A stretch of DNA of 64,000 bases, taken from positions 3,392,001 to 3,456,000 of the forward strand of contig OZ253580.1 in assembly GCA_965263035.1 (NCBI GenBank), read 5' to 3'. Position numbers and translations under genes: made by a program. The first letter of the stretch is position 1. Each line of letters begins with the position of its first letter. The notes beneath the pieces were generated by a model. The model worked only from the letters and a program-made list of their open reading frames with translations, ran no database searches and was not told the DNA's origin. This DNA is from Acidobacteriota bacterium. GTDB taxonomy: Bacteria; Acidobacteriota; UBA6911; RPQK01; JAJDTT01. Positions 56,165 through 64,000 of the stretch are shown here, piece by piece.

Positions 56165-57865
56165 CTAATCTCGTTCCTCGACCCTGAGAATCCGGTCGGG
56201 TGCGACCTCTTTAAGTATCTGCAGCTTGCCCGAAGGCCAGCGGATCTCCAGCGATTCGATGTCCTCTTCCTTCCCCAGGCCGAAGTGAACCCGTCTGTCC
56301 GGTGAGGACATGAGGCCCACCGTTGAGGAAACATGGTTCAGGAGGGTCCTGCCCGAGGCAGTCCGCAGCAAGACAGTGGCTCCGATCGCATCCCGATTGC
56401 TGGCCCGGCCGCGAAGGTCGACCATCAGCCAGTGGTTCCCGTTGTCTCCCGAATTTTGCAGAATCCTCGGATTTTCGTTGAGTGAAGTGACGACAATATC
56501 CAGGAATCCGTCATCATTCAGATCTCCGAAAGAGGAACCGCGCTGGTATGCAATACGCAGAAAATCCTGTCCCAGATTCGTCGAGACGTCGGTAAAGGTC
56601 GTCCCGTCCAGGTTTCGCAGCATGGTGTCGTGCTGGGCGGTATCGGGGCTCAGGTATTCCAGGCCCCCGTTGGCTGAGTAGATGTCTTTCCAGCCATCGT
56701 TGTCAAAATCGATAAATCCGCTGCCCCAGCCCGTGAACTTCCGGCTCAGCTTGGCCACCTGGGTCCGGTAGCTGACATATTCGAAGTAGCGGCCGCCCCG
56801 GTTCTGGAAGAGCCCGTGGAGTTGGTTCTTGAGGTCGTTGTAGAAGATGTCGACCTGCCCGTCGTTGTTGAAGTCCTTGGCGTCGGCGCCCATCCCCGAG
56901 CCGGCCACCGCGGAACCCTTGTAGGCGACGCCGAGGAAAAAAGAGGCTTCCCGAAAGCTGCCGTTCCCCTGATTCAGGTAGAGAAAGTTCTGCACCGTGT
57001 CGTTGGCGACGAACACATCCGGACGGCCGTCCTGATTGAAATCGGCAATTCCCAGTCCCATGCCTTTGCCCAGCGCATTGGTGAGGCCCGCCTTCTGAGA
57101 GACGTCGGTGAATCTGCCGCCGCCCAGATTCCGGTAGAGCGTGTTGGAAACACTGACGACGGTCTTCGGACTGCAGTAGAACGGAGTACCGTCGGGAAAC
57201 AGACAGGGCTTGTCGGTCTGGGCATTCCAGTAGGTGTACTGGGAGACGAACAGGTCCAGCAGGGAATCCTGGTCGAAATCGAGCCAGGCGGCGTCGACGC
57301 TCAACAGATCGGCCGGTTTGTCGTCGAGGCCCGATCCGGCCGTCACGTCGGTGAAAGTGCCGTCGCCGTTGTTTCGATACAGGGCGTTGGGTCCGGCGTT
57401 TCCGATGAACAGGTCGCGGTCGCCGTCATTGTCGTAATCGCCGACAGTCACGCCGAAACAGTAGCCCAGACCGACTCCGGTCAATCCGGCTTTCCGCGTG
57501 ACGTCCTCGAAACTGCCGTTTCCCAAGTTGCGCAAGAGGCAGTTGTGAAACGAACGGTCCGTCTTCTCGACTTCCGGCAGCTTGGCGCCGTTGGTCAGGA
57601 AGATGTCCTGCCTGCCGTCGCGATCGTAATCGAAGATGGCCACGCCGCCGCACATGGGCTGGGGAAAATATTTGCGGCCAGCGAAGCTGTTATTGGATTG
57701 GTAGCGGATATTCGATCTTGGTGCGATGTCGGTGAATTGAACGGACCCCGCGTCCTCGCCGCGCGTGGCGTTTTCGGATTGGGCAGGGAGGACTCCCGTG
57801 ACTGGAAGAGCCAACACCGGCAGGAGCACGGAACTCCAAACCAGCGTCCATCCCATGGGATGCAT
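56165..57865 (-). CDS. CRTAC1 family protein (FG-GAP + ASPIC/UnbV)
   Basis: PMCGGVAIFDYDRDG, DYDNDG repeats, SNRDAIGA, VHFGLG, IRWPSG. Confidence 0.92.
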   Translation of the reverse strand: MHPMGWTLVWSSVLLPVLALPVTGVLPAQSENATRGEDAGSVQFTDIAPRSNIRYQSNNSFAGRKYFPQPMCGGVAIFDYDRDGRQDIFLTNGAKLPEVEKTDRSFHNCLLRNLGNGSFEDVTRKAGLTGVGLGYCFGVTVGDYDNDGDRDLFIGNAGPNALYRNNGDGTFTDVTAGSGLDDKPADLLSVDAAWLDFDQDSLLDLFVSQYTYWNAQTDKPCLFPDGTPFYCSPKTVVSVSNTLYRNLGGGRFTDVSQKAGLTNALGKGMGLGIADFNQDGRPDVFVANDTVQNFLYLNQGNGSFREASFFLGVAYKGSAVAGSGMGADAKDFNNDGQVDIFYNDLKNQLHGLFQNRGGRYFEYVSYRTQVAKLSRKFTGWGSGFIDFDNDGWKDIYSANGGLEYLSPDTAQHDTMLRNLDGTTFTDVSTNLGQDFLRIAYQRGSSFGDLNDDGFLDIVVTSLNENPRILQNSGDNGNHWLMVDLRGRASNRDAIGATVLLRTASGRTLLNHVSSTVGLMSSPDRRVHFGLGKEEDIESLEIRWPSGKLQILKEVAPDRILRVEERD

Positions 57866-57914
57866 GCGGATATGTTACGACAAAGAATGAGGCGTCGTAG
57901 TCCGTAGCAAAGGA

Positions 57915-57940
57915 GGGCGACCAACAAGGGTCGCCCTTAC
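57915..57940 (-). repeat. REP-like palindrome, GTAG-class variant
   Basis: GGGCGACC-AACAAG-GGTCGCCC-TTAC on the plus strand. Confidence 0.6.
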
Positions 57941-57956
57941 CCGAATTGCTTTCTCC

Positions 57957-59549
57957 TCACGGCTCTTGTTGCCAGATCTGGACCAGCTCCCACTCCACTC
58001 CTTCCCGGGCCAGGCCGAAGTTTCCCAGGATGATGTCGGTGCGGCCGTCGCCGTCGATGTCACCCAACTCGAGAGTCACGTAGTCGCAAGGAATTGCGGC
58101 CAGGGAGCGGGGTTGGAAGGATCCGGGCCGGGTCTGTTCGTACCAGACCACACCCGAAAGATTGTATTGACGGCGTCGTTCCTCGGTCAGATTGGGGAGG
58201 TAGGAAGCTGCAACCAGGTCGATATCTCCATCCCCGTCGAGGTCCCCTGCTTCAGCCCGGAGGGCGCCGTAGTAGACGTCCACCCGATGATGGGCAAAGG
58301 AAAGCTCGCCCCTGTTCTCCAGCCAGGACAGCCCGTGATAGGGCCTCATCTGTGCGCTGTCGTCCAGGGTGTCTCCGTGGGTGAAGATGACGTCCAAGTC
58401 CCCGTCCTGATCCAGATCGATGACCTCGATTCCGCTTGAACCCCAGTGCGGATGAGGAGCCTTGAACAAGTCCTTCTTTTCGAAGACACCGGATCCCCGA
58501 TTGAGGAAAGCAACGACCGCTTCATGTTCCTGGGACAGCAGGGCGATGAAGTCGGGCCGGCCGTCTCGGTCGAGGTCCACGACGGGAATGTGGATCGTCC
58601 CGGCCCGGTCATCCAATTTCACGGATCTGAAATCGTCCGCTCCGAGTCTCGAGGCCTTCTCCGGATGGGATCCGTTCTCCAGATAGTGGATGCCACCCAC
58701 TGTCCTCCAGCCGAACTCGGCTACGATGACATCCAGGTCCCGGTCGCCGTCAAAATCTGCCGCCTGGACGTCAGCGACCCTTCCGACCCCGGTGAGCAAC
58801 CGGTGAACCTCGAACTCGCGCCTCCCGGTCCGCCGGAGCCAGGAAACGGATCCCGTTCGTTGGTCAGTGGGCTTGGGCCATCCGAGTTCGGCAACCAGCA
58901 AGTCGATCCTGCCGTCCCGGTCCAAGTCGACAACCTCGGCATGGCATGGATTGTTGAGTTGGACTATGGGCTGAAGGTCCATCCGGCCGTCGTCGGGATC
59001 CGTCCAGCTCACCCATCCGGAGATCATGTCGCTGACCACCAGTTCGGGGCCCTTCAGGTCTGAAAACAGCTCCAGAAGGCGGACATTGGCTGCCCCGGGC
59101 TGGAGACCGCGAACCTTCTTGCCCGGCAGCAGCCGGCGGTTGAACCGAAGCTCCGGACCCCCGCGCTTCGCCGTCCAGGGCGGCGTCTCCAATTCGGCAG
59201 GTGCCTTCGACCGGAAGTAGGAAGCCACCTGCAAGGCGTCGATATCCCAGATCGGTTTGTTGTGAGATTGGAGGAGAGAGAGATTGGCCAGTCTGAACTT
59301 TCTCTGAATCAGACCGGGCCATTCCTGCTTGGGAAGGATCCCCGGAGGGGTCCATTCGTGGCACTGGGTACAGGCCTTCCGGATCTTTGTTTCCAGGGCC
59401 TCCTCATTCGTCAACTGGAGGCTGGAGTGTGAGGAAAGTGAGGGGAGTCCGGGTGAGCGCCCGCCGGCGACGGATCGGCCGGGCAAAGACAAGAAGACAA
59501 TCAGACACAGAACCGAGAGACAGCCGACGGACCGACCTCGTATCTTCAT
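57957..59549 (-). CDS. FG-GAP/VCBS repeat protein with an N-terminal CxxCH (c-type heme) motif
   Basis: Signal peptide; ACTQCHEW; repeats DLDRDG, DFDGDRD, DLDQDGD, DLDGDGD, DIDGDG. Confidence 0.85.
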   Translation of the reverse strand: MKIRGRSVGCLSVLCLIVFLSLPGRSVAGGRSPGLPSLSSHSSLQLTNEEALETKIRKACTQCHEWTPPGILPKQEWPGLIQRKFRLANLSLLQSHNKPIWDIDALQVASYFRSKAPAELETPPWTAKRGGPELRFNRRLLPGKKVRGLQPGAANVRLLELFSDLKGPELVVSDMISGWVSWTDPDDGRMDLQPIVQLNNPCHAEVVDLDRDGRIDLLVAELGWPKPTDQRTGSVSWLRRTGRREFEVHRLLTGVGRVADVQAADFDGDRDLDVIVAEFGWRTVGGIHYLENGSHPEKASRLGADDFRSVKLDDRAGTIHIPVVDLDRDGRPDFIALLSQEHEAVVAFLNRGSGVFEKKDLFKAPHPHWGSSGIEVIDLDQDGDLDVIFTHGDTLDDSAQMRPYHGLSWLENRGELSFAHHRVDVYYGALRAEAGDLDGDGDIDLVAASYLPNLTEERRRQYNLSGVVWYEQTRPGSFQPRSLAAIPCDYVTLELGDIDGDGRTDIILGNFGLAREGVEWELVQIWQQEP

Positions 59550-59560
59550 GTTCGAAATGG

Positions 59561-59726
59561 TAGCAGCCCGTGGTGAAAGTCCCACGAGCACCGAGACCGT
59601 TCCTGCGCCCGCCGGACCAGGCGCAACGGAGGGAGCATGCCGGGAGTATGCGACCGAGTCGCAACGCGGTCCGCGCACGATGCAGGGACGGTCGAATGCC
59701 GTGACGACTTTTGCCACGGGCTGCTA
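59561..59726. mobile_element. MITE-like non-autonomous element (166 bp)
   Basis: 21-bp terminal IRs TAGCAGCCCGTGGTGAAAGTC / GACTTTTGCCACGGGCTGCTA (19 of 21 match); no credible coding content. Confidence 0.7.
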
Positions 59727-59805
59727 ACACCAGCCTGACTTCCACCGGGGCGTAGTCCTCGCCATCGAACTTCGGGGCAGTGGCCGTTTTTCTTCCTGAC
59801 CCGAA

Positions 59806-61995
59806 TCACCCGATGGTCAACACCCCTGCGCCATAGGCCGGCAAGCGGACGCTGAGCGATACGGTGTCGCCGCGGCGGCCCAGTGACACCGGCTTGGGCT
59901 CCTCGCCTTCCACGAAGAGCGACCCAGTGGTTCCGGCCGGTCTGCCGAGGGCCTCGGGAGAGAGCGAGACCTTCACCGTGCTGGGCCGGGGCCGGCCATT
60001 GGCCAGCGTCGCCGCAACGCCGCCGGGCGAGGTGTAAACGTAGCCCTTGCCTCCGTCGACTTGCAGGCCTCGGTCATCGCGAAACTGGCCATGGCTCACA
60101 AAAGGCGCAGTGGCCTTGCGCAATCGCGCCAGCCGGGCGACCTGCGCGGCAAGGTCCGGATCGTCGGAGAGCAGCCCCGTCATGTCTTGAGTGGCGATGG
60201 CCATGTAGCTGCCCAGGCCAAACGCATCGGCGATGACGTCACGCTGGTTCTCGTCAATGCACCAGCAGGGGACCATCGAGGGGAGGACGTACCGAAAGAC
60301 CTGCAGCAGGTCCTCCTCAGGCTTGCGCCAGCCCCAGATCCACCACAGGTCGATATGCTGAGTATTGTAGAGATCCGGGAGCTCCGCGAGGGTGTAGCTG
60401 CCGGGGTGGCGTTCCCGGGTCGTGCGAGTGACCTCCGCATACCATTCGTAGGTGCGGGCCCAGGCTTCCCACGGCGAGGCATGGCCGTGGTCGCGTGAAA
60501 GGCAGTAGTTCCACTCCGACGCCTGGTCGATGGAAATCATGTCGAAGCCGAGATCGAGGGTACGCTCGAGGACCCGGCGCGCGAAGGGAAGGAACCCATC
60601 CGCGCCGCAGCAGACGGCATGCGACCCCATTTCGTAGCCGGGATCGTTGTACCAGCCGCCGTCCAAGGTTCCGCACGGAAAACCGAATATGGGGATGCCG
60701 TACAGACTCTGCTGCACCAGCGGCTTCAGCTCCTCCCAGGAGCTGTTGTACTCCACCGCCAGGCGGTAGTTCGTATAGGAGGTGAGGGAACAGCCGAGAC
60801 GCCGCAGTTCCGCCACGGCACGCCGCAGCGCGGCTTCCCGGTTGGCCGACATCTCCCAGAAACTGCCGCGGTCCGGCCGGTAGTACACCGACGCGGTGTG
60901 ATCCCAGATCATGAGGTCGCGCACGCCGTACTTCATCGAATCTTTGGCGATGGCGGGAAGCTCGGCGAAATCGTGGTAGCGCTCGCCCGAGGGTCCGTGG
61001 GTATGAATATGGAACAACCCGATCTTTTCCCGCAGCGCGGGGGGCGTGTCGCAGGGTTTCCACCATCTCGAAAGCCAGTCCCGAAGGCGGTCAGCCGTAT
61101 CATGCCAGTCGCCCTGGTGGACCCCCACGCCAAACTCGCTGCTGGTCCAGGTCTCCCCCGGCTCGACGAACACGCCGGTGGCCCAGGTCCAGGTCAGGGA
61201 GATCTCCCGGGTGACGTAAAGAGCGTTCTCGAATACGAGGATGTGCGGCGAGGGGCGTTGCTCGTACTTGATGAAGGAGAGTCCACCGCCGTCGTTGCTC
61301 AGATCCATCATCGGCAACTGATGGATCGGAACTTCGCCCAGGCGCAGGTGATGGTGCCCGAACGAATGCGTGCTGGTCCCCATCTCGGCGAGTTTGGCGT
61401 AGATGTCGGGGTACAATTTCTTGCTGGTGGTGATCAGATCGCGGGACTGACCAGGCTTGGCCAGGCGTCCGCCAATCCAGGGGAACCACATTTCGTGGAC
61501 GCGATAGGAACTCTCGTTGCGGATCTCCGCCGTGAAGAGGGCCTCCGGACTGCCCTCGGGCAGGCGCACCCGCACGGTCAGGAACACGCCGGCCTTCCGG
61601 CCGCGAAACTGTAGCTCCGGAAAAACGATTTCGAGCTGATCCCCGTGTCGGTTCAGGGACGGCTGTCCCGCCTTGTGCGACATCAACGGCACCGAGTTGT
61701 GTTCGGGAGTCGGCACGACCAGCTTCGCCAGCCGGTGTCCGCGAGGGTCGTTCAGGTATTGCCGGCCCGTCTTGCGGTCGGTGATCTGGAGCAGGCTCCC
61801 GGTCCCCTCGTCGAACTCGAAACTCACCAGCCCGTTCTCGAGCTGGGTGACGGGCGAATTCACCTGCACTCCGGCGCGGCGCTCCGGCACCCTCAGCCCC
61901 GGCTCAGCTACCGCGGCGGTACGGCCCTCCACGAACCCGTAGGCTCCGGTCCCACCTGCGATCTTCATCAAGTCTCTTCGGTTGATCCTAGCCAT
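59806..61995 (-). CDS. Tat-exported glycoside-hydrolase-like protein (DUF6259-like)
   Basis: NRRDLMK twin-arginine signal; HQGDWHDTAD; barrel motifs (ISIDQ...CLSRDHGH); RBS AAGGGGG. Confidence 0.65.
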   Translation of the reverse strand: MARINRRDLMKIAGGTGAYGFVEGRTAAVAEPGLRVPERRAGVQVNSPVTQLENGLVSFEFDEGTGSLLQITDRKTGRQYLNDPRGHRLAKLVVPTPEHNSVPLMSHKAGQPSLNRHGDQLEIVFPELQFRGRKAGVFLTVRVRLPEGSPEALFTAEIRNESSYRVHEMWFPWIGGRLAKPGQSRDLITTSKKLYPDIYAKLAEMGTSTHSFGHHHLRLGEVPIHQLPMMDLSNDGGGLSFIKYEQRPSPHILVFENALYVTREISLTWTWATGVFVEPGETWTSSEFGVGVHQGDWHDTADRLRDWLSRWWKPCDTPPALREKIGLFHIHTHGPSGERYHDFAELPAIAKDSMKYGVRDLMIWDHTASVYYRPDRGSFWEMSANREAALRRAVAELRRLGCSLTSYTNYRLAVEYNSSWEELKPLVQQSLYGIPIFGFPCGTLDGGWYNDPGYEMGSHAVCCGADGFLPFARRVLERTLDLGFDMISIDQASEWNYCLSRDHGHASPWEAWARTYEWYAEVTRTTRERHPGSYTLAELPDLYNTQHIDLWWIWGWRKPEEDLLQVFRYVLPSMVPCWCIDENQRDVIADAFGLGSYMAIATQDMTGLLSDDPDLAAQVARLARLRKATAPFVSHGQFRDDRGLQVDGGKGYVYTSPGGVAATLANGRPRPSTVKVSLSPEALGRPAGTTGSLFVEGEEPKPVSLGRRGDTVSLSVRLPAYGAGVLTIG

Positions 61996-62217
61996 GTGGC
62001 ACCCCCTTTATGACATGGATTATCCTCGGTTATTTTGACGAATGAAAGGGTAGTTTCTAAATTCAACTTAGGCCACAAGGGGAGCGTTTCGGTTATGCTG
62101 TTCTGGTCGAATCCGGAACACGTGAGAATATAATCAACGCATTTCCGATCTCGTGGGGCTCTGCCCCGATATACGTCTATTAAATGTGTATACAAAAATA
62201 TATATAGTTGTAAAGTA

Positions 62218-62246
62218 TTGACGTTATGTCGGTGGCGTATCATAAT
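62218..62246 (+). promoter_or_regulatory. Sigma70-like promoter, probably giving a leaderless mRNA
   Basis: TTGACG-N17-CATAAT; ATG 62254 lies 7 nt after the -10 with no SD; AT-rich upstream region. Confidence 0.6.
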
Positions 62247-62253
62247 CCCAACT

Positions 62254-64000
62254 ATGCTCAGGAAACGCCGGGGCGCTCGCAACCGGCAGCAGAAGAGAAA
62301 GCGAGTTCCACCGAAGTCTGAGAGAAGGCCACCGGGCGGCCGCAAGACCAGCCCTCAGGTCGCTTCGGAGAAACGGTCGCCGGAGCGAAGGTCCAAGAGT
62401 TTCCACCTGGGACTGGCGGTCCTCGGAGCCGTTCTGGCAGTCGGGGCCCTCTATTTTTTCAAAGATCGAAGTGAGCCCTTCCCCGGCGGGATCTGGTCAC
62501 GGGAGTACACGATCCCTCCCAGGAATCTTCCGCTGGGCGACGTCGAGAAAGCCTTGAGGAAAGTTCCGGAAGGGGCTGACGAATGGGATTCCGAAGAGGT
62601 GGACGTCGAAATCGAGAACAGGCTCGAGGAGTTCGCCAGTGCGCTCAAGGGTGAATCGGGTGCCGATTCTTTTCCGCCCGGGCTGCTCAGCTCCGACTTC
62701 ATGGGGACACCGCTGGAGCCGGCGGCCACCCGGAAGGTCAAGGCTGAAGAGGGATTGGAGATCTTCCGAGGCGATCCGGACAGCGAGGAGCGAGTCACCG
62801 CCGCGACGTTTCCCTCAGAGATCGGAAAGCTACTGCAGGCGGCGGAAAAGATCGAAGATGTGAAATTCAAGGTGACGAGGATCGAATCGCCCCGGCTCCC
62901 GGGATCGACCGTCGTCAGCGACGTCATCTACACCATTCTGGGTCAAGGCAAGGATGGCGAATCCTTGCAGTGGAAGGGGGACTGGCGGCTCAACTGGCAA
63001 AAGGACCACGTGGGCCGTTGGAAACTCTCGCGGCTGAAAGTGCTGTCCACGTCGCGGGGACGGAGTGTTCGAGACGCCTTCACGGAGGTCACGCAGCGGG
63101 CGCTGGGGAAGAACAGCTCCTACCGGCAACAACTGCTGCTGGGAGTCGAGTATTGGCAGGGAATCCTCGACTATGTCGCCGGAATGGATATCTATGGTCA
63201 CAACGGCGTCTCGATTGCCGATATCGACGACGACGGCGATGAGGATTTCCATGTCTCTCAGCCGGCAGGCCTACCCAATCTGCTGTTTCGCAACCAGGGA
63301 GACGGCACCTTTCTGGACGTCACCGAAAAGGCGGGAGTCGACGTCCTGGACAATACGGCCTCCAGTTATTTTGCCGACGTGGACAACGACGGCGATCCGG
63401 ACCTGATCCTCGTTGGAACCCGGTCTCTGCTGTTTCACAACGACGGTTCGGGCCGGTTCAGTCTGGTCTCCGATTCCGGGTTCGAGGCGATAGATGACAC
63501 CCAAGGCGGCAAAGTATCGGCCGCCGTGGCCGACTACGACCTGGACGGACATCTGGACGTTTATATCTGCTCATACGCCTTCTGGCGGGGGCAGGAAGAA
63601 TTGGGCAATTATCCCTTTCCATACCATGACGCCAACAATGGCGCTCCCAACATCCTCTTGCGGAACCAGGGGAACGGGTCGTTCCGAGACGTCACCCGGC
63701 GATCCGGAATGAACCGGAACAATCTGCGTTACAGCTTTGCCGCGGCTTGGGGGGATTACGACGGCGACCGGTATCCGGACCTGTACGTCGCCAACGACTT
63801 CGGCCGTAACAACCTCTATCGGAACAACGGTGACGGCACCTTTACGGATGTGGCTCGAGAGGCGGGAGTGGAGGATATCGGAGCGGGGATGAGCGCGGCT
63901 TGGGAGGATTATGACAACGACGGCCGCCTGGACCTCTACGTCGGGAACATGTGGTCGTCGGCGGGTCAGCGGATCACCTCACTACAGCAGTTTCAGACCC
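62254..64000 (+). CDS. Membrane-anchored FG-GAP repeat (CRTAC1-like) protein, truncated by the window end
   Basis: Not in the ORF track (no stop in window); MLRKRRGARN..., TM LGLAVLGAVLAVGALYFF, then ADIDDDGDED, DVDNDGD, DYDLDG, DYDGD, DYDNDG repeats. Confidence 0.88.
   Translation, partial: MLRKRRGARNRQQKRKRVPPKSERRPPGGRKTSPQVASEKRSPERRSKSFHLGLAVLGAVLAVGALYFFKDRSEPFPGGIWSREYTIPPRNLPLGDVEKALRKVPEGADEWDSEEVDVEIENRLEEFASALKGESGADSFPPGLLSSDFMGTPLEPAATRKVKAEEGLEIFRGDPDSEERVTAATFPSEIGKLLQAAEKIEDVKFKVTRIESPRLPGSTVVSDVIYTILGQGKDGESLQWKGDWRLNWQKDHVGRWKLSRLKVLSTSRGRSVRDAFTEVTQRALGKNSSYRQQLLLGVEYWQGILDYVAGMDIYGHNGVSIADIDDDGDEDFHVSQPAGLPNLLFRNQGDGTFLDVTEKAGVDVLDNTASSYFADVDNDGDPDLILVGTRSLLFHNDGSGRFSLVSDSGFEAIDDTQGGKVSAAVADYDLDGHLDVYICSYAFWRGQEELGNYPFPYHDANNGAPNILLRNQGNGSFRDVTRRSGMNRNNLRYSFAAAWGDYDGDRYPDLYVANDFGRNNLYRNNGDGTFTDVAREAGVEDIGAGMSAAWEDYDNDGRLDLYVGNMWSSAGQRITSLQQFQT

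Overview
GC-rich bacterial chromosomal segment. An Oar-type TonB-dependent receptor, TPR and CRTAC1/FG-GAP proteins, and DUF1549/DUF1553/DUF1501 genes suggest an Acidobacteriota-like organism (inference). Most of the window encodes catabolic and cell-surface functions: beta-propeller and other glycoside-hydrolase-like proteins, a GH33 sialidase, two enolase-superfamily enzymes, SDRs, RhaT-type and ACS-type transporters, and an SRD5A-like steroid 5-alpha-reductase. It also holds an unusual gene cluster: E2, an ADP-forming CoA ligase beta/alpha pair with ATP-citrate-lyase-like motifs, a ferredoxin, E1beta, E1alpha, an amine dehydrogenase and an enolase-family enzyme, with no E3. Four complete insertion sequences can be delimited to the base. 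Two are near-identical IS630 copies (8538-9756, 30743-31961). One is an IS1595 carrying a deleted methyltransferase/Mrr-type passenger (27304-29065). One is an IS4/IS50-like element whose transposase is fused to a DUF4338 (DruA-type, possibly Mom/GNAT-like) domain (42909-45373). Three of the four split small host genes that rejoin in frame when the element is removed. A 166-bp MITE-like element and two REP-like palindrome families are also present. No rRNA, tRNA or CRISPR array was seen. All family calls come from motif recognition by eye, not from database searches.
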